In this document: positions 27,232 through 35,725 of the stretch, one piece after another
Position numbering within the stretch: the stretch's first letter is position 1
Layout of the letters: each line of letters opens with the position of its first letter
DNA from: Candidatus Shapirobacteria bacterium
Lineage (GTDB): Bacteria > Patescibacteriota > Microgenomatia > UBA12405
Assembly: GCA_041659325.1 (NCBI GenBank)
Contig: JBAZYN010000002.1
Location: forward strand, 64,513-128,512
Direction: 5' to 3'
Length of the DNA stretch: 64,000 bases
Notes under the pieces: generated by a model
The model's input: only the letters and a program-made list of their open reading frames with translations
The model's database searches: none
Told to the model about the DNA's origin: nothing
Program-made: the position numbers and the translations under genes

Positions 27232-27513
27232 ATGATAAATAAGGAACAGATAGACTGGCTGAACAATAATCAAGGATTAGTTGCCGTAATTCTTTTTCTT
27301 ATGACATTGGTAATCGCCTGGATTTCAGGACTTTTCAAATGGCTTTTTGGGAGAAATGATAGAAAAAATCCATACATAAGTGTTGGTGGAGATATCAAGA
27401 CGGGAGGTAATATTTCAGTTGGCAACAAAACATTCAATCAAAAAGGGGGCAAAAATAGTAAGAATATTCAGGGCGAGAATATTACAGTAAACAAATATGG
27501 CAAAGATAAGTAA
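27232..27513 (+). CDS. hypothetical membrane-anchored protein with Gly/Asn-rich repeats
   Basis: One TM helix, then GGDIKTGGNISVGNK-type repeats; probably the N-terminal part of a gene frameshifted into the next ORF. Confidence 0.4.
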   Translation: MINKEQIDWLNNNQGLVAVILFLMTLVIAWISGLFKWLFGRNDRKNPYISVGGDIKTGGNISVGNKTFNQKGGKNSKNIQGENITVNKYGKDK

Positions 27514-28552
27514 CCAAAAATCAGGTGATGAGTCGACAAATCTACAAGCCGGTAGAGATATTACTGTTAATAACCACAAAGTTGCCCTCTTTTCGATTGA
27601 AGAGGTAGCCAAGCAACTTATGAGCTCTGTTTTTAACGAACTACCAGATCAAACAAAAAGACAAATAGAAAAAAATCAAAAATCATACTTTCGGACTCTT
27701 TCAGAAAACCTAGGAAAAATAATAAAACAAAATAATGATTTAAAAAAGATTATTGATTCTCCCGACTTTCAATATATTTCTAAAACTGCATCAATTTCTG
27801 CAAGCCGGTCGTCTTCTTTGGAATTACACAACAATTTGTCATCGTTAATTATTCAAAGAATAAACAACGACGATGATGACTTGAAAAGAATTGTTTTTAA
27901 TGAGGCAATTGCTACCATCGGCAAACTGACGACAAATCAACTAAAAATTATTACCCTGTGCTATTTATTGAACTATACATTAGACGGGAGAATAGTTTCT
28001 TGGGAAGCATATAATAATTATTTAGACTCACACATAAAGCCATTTTTGGATTTTAAGGATACAGAAATAGAATTTCAACACATTGAATATGCGGGGTGCG
28101 GAAGTATTGGAATTGGGAGTTCGGATATCCTGAATAGTTACCGAAAGCGGTACTCATTTTTGTTTTTAAATTTAATTGAGAAACGGCAAATTGACCGCCT
28201 TGGTCTTAAAGATGAAATCAAAAAGGAACTAGTTACTTTGGACCCGAAAGAAGACAAATATCTTATCAGATTTATAAATAAAATCGAGGTAGAAGCCTAT
28301 TTAAAAGAGATGAAAATTGACAAGGAGCTTGCAAAAAAATTAGTAACTATTTATGAGGGTCATATAAAAAATAGCATAGAAATAAAAAAGAAAATAGTCG
28401 ACGAAACAAACACCGGCAAAGAATTGTTAGAGTTGTGGGAGAAATCAAATCTCAAACACTTATTTTTGACATCTGTCGGAATTGCAATCGGGGCTAGTTA
28501 TTTTGAACAAATAATTGGCGAAAAAATAGATATTGGTATGTGGATAAATTAA
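27497..28552 (+). CDS. hypothetical protein (probable continuation of the 27232 gene after a frameshift)
   Basis: The N-terminus continues the same repeat type (QAGRDITVNNHK); overlaps the upstream ORF by 17 nt within an A-rich run. Confidence 0.45.
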   Translation: MAKISNQKSGDESTNLQAGRDITVNNHKVALFSIEEVAKQLMSSVFNELPDQTKRQIEKNQKSYFRTLSENLGKIIKQNNDLKKIIDSPDFQYISKTASISASRSSSLELHNNLSSLIIQRINNDDDDLKRIVFNEAIATIGKLTTNQLKIITLCYLLNYTLDGRIVSWEAYNNYLDSHIKPFLDFKDTEIEFQHIEYAGCGSIGIGSSDILNSYRKRYSFLFLNLIEKRQIDRLGLKDEIKKELVTLDPKEDKYLIRFINKIEVEAYLKEMKIDKELAKKLVTIYEGHIKNSIEIKKKIVDETNTGKELLELWEKSNLKHLFLTSVGIAIGASYFEQIIGEKIDIGMWIN

Positions 28553-28585
28553 AATTGAAGAATCTGCCGTAAAAATTATACCGTC

Positions 28586-28954
28586 TTAAGGCTTGACTTC
28601 CATAAAAACAATATGGCCCGCCCGGTCGTTTTCGTTGATGGAAATCTCATTGTCGGAAGCATTAAACATTTCCAGAGTAATAGTGCCCTCAAACCCCGGG
28701 TCGATAAACATGCTTCCCAGGTGGGTCATCATTCCCTGTTTTGATATTTTGGCGCAACCATCGTAAAACCCAGCGATATGGGCAGGTAATGAAACTTTCT
28801 CTTTTGAATTTGTTATCCGGAACTCTTTGGGTTTAAGAACAAATGTTTCTGAAAAATGAATTTTTATAGATGCTTCTTTGACTTGCGGGGTCGGCTGAAT
28901 CTTTAATTCTCCACTATCCAGTAATTTATTAATTTGGTTGCCGCTTAGTATCAT
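28586..28954 (-). CDS. dCTP deaminase / dUTPase-fold protein (short)
   Basis: N-terminus MILSGNQINKLLDSGELKIQP and FIDPGFEGTITLEMFN match Dcd/dUTPase family motifs; only 122 aa. Confidence 0.55.
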   Translation of the reverse strand: MILSGNQINKLLDSGELKIQPTPQVKEASIKIHFSETFVLKPKEFRITNSKEKVSLPAHIAGFYDGCAKISKQGMMTHLGSMFIDPGFEGTITLEMFNASDNEISINENDRAGHIVFMEVKP

Positions 28955-28992
28955 GTGGATTTATTATAAATCCAAACTTACGATATATTGTT

Positions 28993-29051
28993 AATATAAT
29001 AGGTTCTAACAGCGTAGTTTCGCTGACTAACAGCAAGTCATTGGTTTGCTG
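28993..29051 (+). repeat. S-repeat copy 5 (long-spacer form)
   Basis: AATATAATAGGTTCTAACAGCGT, 22-nt spacer, CATTGGTTTGCTGC; abuts the ATG at 29063. Confidence 0.65.
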
Positions 29052-29062
29052 CAGTAAGACAA

Positions 29063-29764
29063 ATGATAAAACTTAACCAAGAAAATAAAAAATATTGGCA
29101 AAAATATAAGACAGGAGAAATTCCTTCCGTGCCAAATTTACCGCCAACAACCTTACTAGATAATATCCATGGGCCAATTTTAGATATAGGCACGGGTGAC
29201 GGAGCCTTGGCGGAACAACTTGCAGTACAGGGCCATGAGGTTGAAGCGATAGATCTTGCCGAGAACATAGTCCGGGCGAATATGACAAGAAACTCAAAAG
29301 TTCGATATTCGCTTCAAGATATTACTCAGGGAACAAATTTTGATGGGGCATATTTTGATTTGGCAATATTTCGATTCACATTAACTAACATTCACAAAGA
29401 ATCGTGGAGAGAATTGGGAGTGGAGATTAATAGAATATTGAAACCGACAGGGAAAGTGTGGATTCTTGAACCTTTGGTTTCAGAAAGCTACCGACGAAGA
29501 TATCTTTTAGCATCCAAATTTATTGACGAGCCTCATTGTGTATATGTTTTTAAGGATAAGGAACTTGCTGAAAAAATTAACACTGAGGCTAAATTAAAAC
29601 AAGCACTGGCTAATGATTTGGTAAGCAGAATAGTGAAACACTATACGATTGATGAGTTAAAAAGTATTTTCAACACTTTAAAACTTAACGACCATAGGGT
29701 GATAGAAATTATATCCCCTTCCGGATTTATTATTAAAACATTTGAAGGGGTGTTTTCAAAATAA
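29063..29764 (+). CDS. class I SAM-dependent methyltransferase
   Basis: Motif I ILDIGTGDGALAEQL. Confidence 0.7.
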   Translation: MIKLNQENKKYWQKYKTGEIPSVPNLPPTTLLDNIHGPILDIGTGDGALAEQLAVQGHEVEAIDLAENIVRANMTRNSKVRYSLQDITQGTNFDGAYFDLAIFRFTLTNIHKESWRELGVEINRILKPTGKVWILEPLVSESYRRRYLLASKFIDEPHCVYVFKDKELAEKINTEAKLKQALANDLVSRIVKHYTIDELKSIFNTLKLNDHRVIEIISPSGFIIKTFEGVFSK

Positions 29765-29819
29765 AATAGGTTCTAATTATGTAGTTCGGCAGGCTCACTA
29801 CAAGTCAATGGTTCGCCGC
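29761..29819 (+). repeat. S-repeat copy 6 (long-spacer form)
   Basis: ATAAAATAGGTTCTAATTATGT, 23 nt, CAATGGTTCGCCGC; the stop codon of the upstream gene lies inside box A. Confidence 0.7.
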
Positions 29820-29854
29820 TCAATCAACCCCCCGGGGTCTTAGGGATTTTTTAG

Positions 29855-30697
29855 TTAACTTATTCTAATCAATATGGCGCCGACAGTTGCAGAGATAACC
29901 GCGATTATCTTTGTAACGAGATTCTCACGTTCGTTCAATAAAAAATGCTCACCTATTAATGTAATCACGAGGAAGCTCTCAATTATCACCAACACTTTAC
30001 TGGCTTCTCCCAAGGATAACCCCTGATTCATTGCCAGATTTGCTAGTCCGCCCAGGGCACAACCTACAAATACCATCTTAAAATTACCTTTGGCCAGTGT
30101 ACCAATCCTTTTGATTGAATTTGGCATAATCAGTAAATTTATTACCATTGGTATAAAAAAAATAAAAAACGTCAGACTCTGAGAGTTGAATGAAGAAAAT
30201 AAAAATTTGTATAAAATAATAACCGTTGCATAAAATATTGTGGCCCCAAAAGCGTATGCCACACCTCGCATATCTTTTGGTTTCAAAAACTTTTTCATAA
30301 TAATAACTCCCGATATTACCGTCAATAAAGTTCCCATAATCTTAAACAAATTGGAAGATTCATGAAGGATAATAATCCCCAGTAGCATTACCCATACCAG
30401 CCTAAACTTTGTAATTGATCCACCCACTGATGGGGAAATATATTTTGAGGAAACAAAATTTAGCAAATTTTGTATCACAATCAGAATCCCTACCACCAAT
30501 ATGATCAGCCATGATTGAAACTGAGTGCCAAATCTTGGCTGAAGTAGCATAAAAGGCAAGCTAACCAGGGTCCCCACCGCGCTAAAAAAGAAAGAAAAAG
30601 CCCAAGCATCGTTATTATCTTTTTTGAGGATATGCCTTGTGATTAAATTAGACCCCGTGTAAAGTAAACCGGAAAGTAAAGCAAAAAAAAGCCACAT
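29855..30697 (-). CDS. EamA/DMT-family-like polytopic membrane protein
   Basis: About 10 predicted TM helices. The internal ATG at 30697 (MWLFFALLSG) is preferred, because the longer ORF overlaps the convergent + strand gene. Confidence 0.45.
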   Translation of the reverse strand: MWLFFALLSGLLYTGSNLITRHILKKDNNDAWAFSFFFSAVGTLVSLPFMLLQPRFGTQFQSWLIILVVGILIVIQNLLNFVSSKYISPSVGGSITKFRLVWVMLLGIIILHESSNLFKIMGTLLTVISGVIIMKKFLKPKDMRGVAYAFGATIFYATVIILYKFLFSSFNSQSLTFFIFFIPMVINLLIMPNSIKRIGTLAKGNFKMVFVGCALGGLANLAMNQGLSLGEASKVLVIIESFLVITLIGEHFLLNERENLVTKIIAVISATVGAILIRIS

Positions 30698-30785
30698 AAT
30701 TAAGTTAATTGTACACCTCGCTTTTAACAAAAAAAGGTTCGAGCATCGTTTCACACTTTTCGCCCGTGTTGTCGGCAAGGTATAA

Positions 30786-31427
30786 TTGGCCATGGATGAC
30801 ACCATTGTTGTAAATGTCGTTTTCAATATTGAGAATCCGTTGCATGATGACATAGTGGAAATTTCACTTGAAATCAGAGATAAGTATGGTTCAGACTGGT
30901 TTGTAGATGACCAACGATATTTTCTTCACCATCCACTTTACCTATTTGCCGCTCCCAAAAAGAATGAGCGAAAAATTATTGAAATCTCAAAAAAATTTCT
31001 GAAAAGTTTGAGTAAAGTTGACGTGACCATTGAGAATTTGTTTTTCAATCAATCAGGATTAGTTATGATTAAGTTCAATGACAATAAACAGATATATGAT
31101 TATCATTGCCAGTCCCTGGATTTGTTCAATCCCCTACGGGAGGGGTTGGTAAGAGAAAAATACCGAAATCAAAGTTTTGTCCAAACATTGGAGAAGGATG
31201 AACAGAAAAAGTTAAAAGAATATGGCCATATCTATGTTCTTGATCGCTATGAACCACATGTGACAATAGCCCGGATTAGGGATTTAGACGTATGTCAACA
31301 AATCGTAAATGAATATCGAGAACGATTGGTCGGAAAGCAATCCAGTATTAACAAACTACAAGTTCACGAAGCGGTGTTTGGACCGGAAGGGAAAAGTGTT
31401 TTAATAGTCGATGAAGCCATAAAATAG
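30786..31427 (+). CDS. hypothetical protein, possible 2H-phosphoesterase-like
   Basis: Single HVTI (H-x-T-x) motif; leaderless start within GGTATAATTGGCCATGG. Confidence 0.35.
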   Translation: MAMDDTIVVNVVFNIENPLHDDIVEISLEIRDKYGSDWFVDDQRYFLHHPLYLFAAPKKNERKIIEISKKFLKSLSKVDVTIENLFFNQSGLVMIKFNDNKQIYDYHCQSLDLFNPLREGLVREKYRNQSFVQTLEKDEQKKLKEYGHIYVLDRYEPHVTIARIRDLDVCQQIVNEYRERLVGKQSSINKLQVHEAVFGPEGKSVLIVDEAIK

Positions 31428-32383
31428 GCTCTGACTACATCAGCCAAATCGGGTTCCTTAATGTTTAGATCTTCAACCGGAAGATGTGAGTAAATTTCGA
31501 TGGCTTTTTGTTTAGCGAGTTCCTTTGGAACTTGGATAATAGCTCGAGGGTAGTTTAGTTCTTTTACTTCCCCGATCAGCTCGAGCTCTTTTCTTGAAAC
31601 TTGTTTTTCTAAGGTAATTTCAAAAGTTTTATGATAAGTATATTTTTTAACCAGATCTTTTAGACAGCCATCAAAAACAATCTGGCCTTTATTGATCATA
31701 ATCACCCGTTTACACAGGGCTTTAACATCTTCCATATAGTGAGAAGTCAGGATAATAGTTGATTTAAATTCCTGATTAAAATCTTTTACAAAACTACGAA
31801 TACGTTCCTGCATAACGACATCCAACCCAATAGTGGGTTCATCTAAAAATAAAACTTCAGGAGAATGAATCAGAGCGGCGATCAATTCGGCTTTCATTCT
31901 TTCACCCAATGACAATTTTCGAACCGGGATGTCCATGAGGTGGCGAAACTCGAGCATATCTAATAAACGATTTAGTGTCTTGTTAAAAGAATCAGAAGGA
32001 ACCTGATAGATTTCTTTATTAAGCTGAAAAGTTTCTTGGGCAGGAAGATCCCACCAAAGTTGATTTTTCTGACCCATAACTAAACTCATCCTTTTTAAGT
32101 AATCCCGTTTTCTTTCCCAGGGGGTGTAGCCCAAGATTGAGATTTGTCCTGATGTTGGATAAAGTAAACCGCTTAAGACTTTAAGGGTGGTGGTTTTGCC
32201 GGCCCCATTGGGACCAATAAAACCAACCAACTCACCTTTTTCAATTTCGAATGAAACATCTTTAACGGCCTCGACCGAAACTGTTTTTTTCTTGATAAAG
32301 GACTTTAATGAGCCAATTAAACCGGGTTCCTTTTTGTCGGTTCGATAGGTTTTGACTAAATGATTTACTTTAATAGTTGGCAT
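31364..32383 (-). CDS. ABC transporter ATP-binding protein
   Basis: Walker A GPNGAGKTT, signature LSLGERMK, Walker B LFLDEPT. Confidence 0.85.
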   Translation of the reverse strand: MPTIKVNHLVKTYRTDKKEPGLIGSLKSFIKKKTVSVEAVKDVSFEIEKGELVGFIGPNGAGKTTTLKVLSGLLYPTSGQISILGYTPWERKRDYLKRMSLVMGQKNQLWWDLPAQETFQLNKEIYQVPSDSFNKTLNRLLDMLEFRHLMDIPVRKLSLGERMKAELIAALIHSPEVLFLDEPTIGLDVVMQERIRSFVKDFNQEFKSTIILTSHYMEDVKALCKRVIMINKGQIVFDGCLKDLVKKYTYHKTFEITLEKQVSRKELELIGEVKELNYPRAIIQVPKELAKQKAIEIYSHLPVEDLNIKEPDLADVVRAYFMASSTIKTLFPSGPNTAS

Positions 32384-32385
32384 AG

Positions 32386-33237
32386 TTATGAGCTGGCACT
32401 AGTATAACGTTTAAGCGACCAAAACCAGAACCACCGCGTGAAACAGAAAAAGATTATTCCAACAACGATGGCATAGAAAAATTTAAGAGTAGATTGTTGG
32501 CCCATGATAGCTTCGGCAGGAAAAGTGGTAAACAAAATTATGGGTATAAGTGAAGAAAAGACGTATTCCAAATTTTTTGGATAAGCACTACCAGGAAATT
32601 TGGAAACTTCAGCCAAATCGGGTACCGCATAAAATAAATTGTCAGCAAGAATAAAGTGAATACTTAGAGAGGCGGCAAAGAACCAAATGGAATAATAAAG
32701 GGATAAACTAACAGCGGTGAGGATAAAATATTTTATAACATCAAAAGGTGATGGAGCAACATTCATAGCGGTCAAGGCATAGATAACAACAATGAAACCT
32801 TCAATCACCCCGCACATAGCATTGAGAATAACCCGGCGGAAAGAAACGAAGAATTGACTGTCTAGTGGTTTAATAAGCACATAATCAAGGTCACCTTTGT
32901 GAACATCATTTACCACCTGTTTCATGTTGCGATAAAAGAAAAAGTAAGCCAGACCGTTATTAATCATCCAGGAACCAATAAGTAACAACATTTGGCTTTT
33001 GTCCCAGCCGCCAAAACCGCCAGTAACTGAGTTTAAGACTAAGATTAAAACCAGAGAATAATTGACCCATCCAACACTGGAAACTAAGTTACTAATAAAG
33101 TCCAAACGATAGGCCATGTCTCTTTGGATCGAGTGTTTGGCTAATGAAAGAAATATTTTTAGGTGGGTTTTACCGTCTTTTAAAAACTGCTTAATCATAG
33201 CCCGACTCCGGAAAACTTTTTTATACCTGCTTGCCAA
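32386..33237 (-). CDS. ABC-2 family transporter permease
   Basis: Six TM helices, adjacent to the ABC ATPase. Confidence 0.55.
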   Translation of the reverse strand: MASRYKKVFRSRAMIKQFLKDGKTHLKIFLSLAKHSIQRDMAYRLDFISNLVSSVGWVNYSLVLILVLNSVTGGFGGWDKSQMLLLIGSWMINNGLAYFFFYRNMKQVVNDVHKGDLDYVLIKPLDSQFFVSFRRVILNAMCGVIEGFIVVIYALTAMNVAPSPFDVIKYFILTAVSLSLYYSIWFFAASLSIHFILADNLFYAVPDLAEVSKFPGSAYPKNLEYVFSSLIPIILFTTFPAEAIMGQQSTLKFFYAIVVGIIFFCFTRWFWFWSLKRYTSASS

Positions 33238-33986
33238 TTTAGGTTATAAAGAAAAAACAGAATAATGGTCCAAAGTAGTTGAATGCCCAGTCCAATTAAG
33301 ATATCGGGGAGAGCATATTTTCCAATTAATACCTGGACTGGAAAATAGATAGTGTATTTAAGTGGAGTAAAGTCAATGATCTGACGAACAACTAATGGAA
33401 AAAATGTTAAAGGGAAAGCGGAACCGGTAAAGAGAATTCTAATCATATCCGATAAGTTGCTTATGCCAGTTGTCTCAGTAAGATGAAAAGCCAGTGTTCC
33501 AATTAATATCGACATGGTAAAACTGAGAAAATAAGAGCCGATGACAGCAACAAGACCTAATAAGATAGTTAAGATATCCGGGGCTAGTTTAATATCAACT
33601 TTGGCGATCAATAGAATTAATATGAGAGGAACAGCAAAAACCAATAACTTAACGGTGTGCCAGGCTATCTCCCAAGATAAACGATAAGCAAAATAATTAA
33701 AAGGTTTGATTACAAAATTAGATAATTCGCCATCTTTTATATCATCAGTAACATTGACTTGGACCCGGGAACTAATAAGGGTAACTATCACGGTAACAAT
33801 ATAGTAGCCGAGTAATTCCTGATAAGTGAATCCTCTAACTTTTCCACCGGAAGCATAATATTTACTCCAGATAGCAATCATGACCAGAGGAGTAGAAGTG
33901 TTGATGAAAGCGTATGTAAAAATTCTAGCCCGATAAATCAGTGCTCTTTGAAGTGTGCTAGTAAAAATTAACCAATAGCATTTCAT
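33195..33986 (-). CDS. ABC-2 family transporter permease
   Basis: Polytopic membrane protein in the same operon. Confidence 0.55.
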   Translation of the reverse strand: MKCYWLIFTSTLQRALIYRARIFTYAFINTSTPLVMIAIWSKYYASGGKVRGFTYQELLGYYIVTVIVTLISSRVQVNVTDDIKDGELSNFVIKPFNYFAYRLSWEIAWHTVKLLVFAVPLILILLIAKVDIKLAPDILTILLGLVAVIGSYFLSFTMSILIGTLAFHLTETTGISNLSDMIRILFTGSAFPLTFFPLVVRQIIDFTPLKYTIYFPVQVLIGKYALPDILIGLGIQLLWTIILFFLYNLNWQAGIKKFSGVGL

Positions 33987-34061
33987 GACGAGTGAAGTAT
34001 ATCACCGTAAAAATGTGTTTACGGGTTGGATGATAAGTAGACCGACAAGATATAATTAGCC

Positions 34062-34589
34062 ATGGTTGAAACTCATCCGTTTGGAAGCTTTGTGCCTAAG
34101 AATTGTCAGTTTTTGTTTTTGGGAACTTTTACAGCCAAAGTAGATGACCCATCATATGATTGGTTTTTTACATCGAAAAGAAACCAATTTTGGATAATAA
34201 TGACAGAAGTTTACGGGATCAAATTGACAAACAAAAAAGAAAAGGAAAATCTATTTACAGAGCTAAAAATGGCGATAACTGACATTATTCTTCAATGTGA
34301 GCGAAGCGAAAATACGAACGCTGATAATAATTTGATCAATATGGTTTTTAATGTAAAAGTTATAAATAAGATTATTACGGAAAACAATATAGAAACGATC
34401 TTTTTTTCCAGTCGGATGGCGGAAAAATTGTTTAAGAATAATTTCAAAGAAATAAAAATAAAGTTCCCTCAAATTAATTTTGTGACATTGCCTTCATCTT
34501 CTCCAAGATATGCAGCGATGACAAAATTAGAAAAAATCAGATATTACAAGGAGTTGCTACCAAAGTTGAACTCATTAAATAGGTTTTAA
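34062..34589 (+). CDS. hypothetical protein, possibly uracil-DNA glycosylase superfamily
   Basis: C-terminal LPSSSPRYA resembles UDG motif B (HPSP..); weak; leaderless start in GATATAATTAGCCATGG. Confidence 0.3.
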   Translation: MVETHPFGSFVPKNCQFLFLGTFTAKVDDPSYDWFFTSKRNQFWIIMTEVYGIKLTNKKEKENLFTELKMAITDIILQCERSENTNADNNLINMVFNVKVINKIITENNIETIFFSSRMAEKLFKNNFKEIKIKFPQINFVTLPSSSPRYAAMTKLEKIRYYKELLPKLNSLNRF

Positions 34590-34632
34590 TTACGTAATTC
34601 AACAGGTTCACTATAAATCGATGGTTCGCCAC
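34573..34632 (+). repeat. S-repeat copy 7 (long-spacer form)
   Basis: CATTAAATAGGTTTTAATTACGT, 25 nt, ATGGTTCGCCAC; the upstream gene's stop lies inside box A. Confidence 0.7.
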
Positions 34633-34649
34633 ACTGATATAATAATCTA

Positions 34650-35087
34650 ATGATAATTCATTTCGTATGTTTGGGAAATATTTACAGAAGTCGATTGGCT
34701 GAGGCATATCTTAACTCAAAAAAATTACCCAATGTCTCAGTTATCTCCTCAGGCATAAGCGCGTCCGAAAATAATAATCGACCAATTTCTTGGTTAACGC
34801 AGAGACTTTATGAAGTCTATAAACTAGTGCCCTTTCAAAAATCTAATTGGGCGCAAACCTCAAAGGTTTTACTTGACTCGGCTGACCTAACCATATTTTT
34901 TGATAATAAGTACTACCAATATTGTGTTGAAAATTTTGGATTTAATTCGGATAATTTTGAAATTTGGGAGATTGCTGACCTTGATGGAAACATAAAAGAA
35001 CATTTAGAAAAAATTAAAATAACAGAAGACTCGTTTAGGGTGATAAAGGAAAGAGTAGATAATTTGATTGAGCGGAGAAAGTTCTAG
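34650..35087 (+). CDS. low-molecular-weight protein tyrosine phosphatase / ArsC-family protein
   Basis: N-terminal CLGNIYRS P-loop (C-x5-R-S). Confidence 0.7.
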   Translation: MIIHFVCLGNIYRSRLAEAYLNSKKLPNVSVISSGISASENNNRPISWLTQRLYEVYKLVPFQKSNWAQTSKVLLDSADLTIFFDNKYYQYCVENFGFNSDNFEIWEIADLDGNIKEHLEKIKITEDSFRVIKERVDNLIERRKF

Positions 35088-35126
35088 CTGTAGAAAAGAA
35101 GAGGATCTGTTGGTTTTAGTATAATA

Positions 35127-35657
35127 ATGGCGATGATCGTATTTATTAATGGTTCTTTTGGGGTTGGTAAATCATCGGTTGCCGAACTTCTGGCAAAAAA
35201 GATCCCCAACAGTCTCTTGTATGATGCGGAAGAGGTGGGGTATATGCTCCGAAAGATAGGCAAACCAATGGGCTTTCCTGAAGATTTTCAAGATTTACCG
35301 GCCTGGCGAATACTTACGGTAAAAACAGCTGAACTCCTTAAGCAAGAGTACAACAAAAATTTAATAATGCCTCTGTGTGTTTGGAATGAAATGTACATTG
35401 ATGAAATTGTTTCTGGCTTAAAAGCTATAGACAAATATGTTTATCATTTCTGCCTGGTGGCCGACAGGGAAACCATCCTAAAAAGGCATAGCAATAGAAA
35501 TGATTCTTTGGAAGTGACTAAGTGGGTACACGAGAGAGTGGATAAATGTTTAAAATCTCATCGGTCACCAAAGTTTGAGGTTAAAGTTCAAACTGAAAAT
35601 AAATCGGCAGAGGAGGTGGCAGAGGAGATAGTTTCACTTTTGGGAAGCAAAAAATAG
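35127..35657 (+). CDS. P-loop kinase (TmrB / chloramphenicol phosphotransferase-like)
   Basis: Walker A GSFGVGKSSVA close to the N-terminus, about 175 aa. Confidence 0.55.
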   Translation: MAMIVFINGSFGVGKSSVAELLAKKIPNSLLYDAEEVGYMLRKIGKPMGFPEDFQDLPAWRILTVKTAELLKQEYNKNLIMPLCVWNEMYIDEIVSGLKAIDKYVYHFCLVADRETILKRHSNRNDSLEVTKWVHERVDKCLKSHRSPKFEVKVQTENKSAEEVAEEIVSLLGSKK

Positions 35658-35725
35658 ATTCATATATTATCAGGGCTGTGGTAACTTTCGGTGAGGCTTC
35701 AAAATTGATTGTTTAATTTGATACA

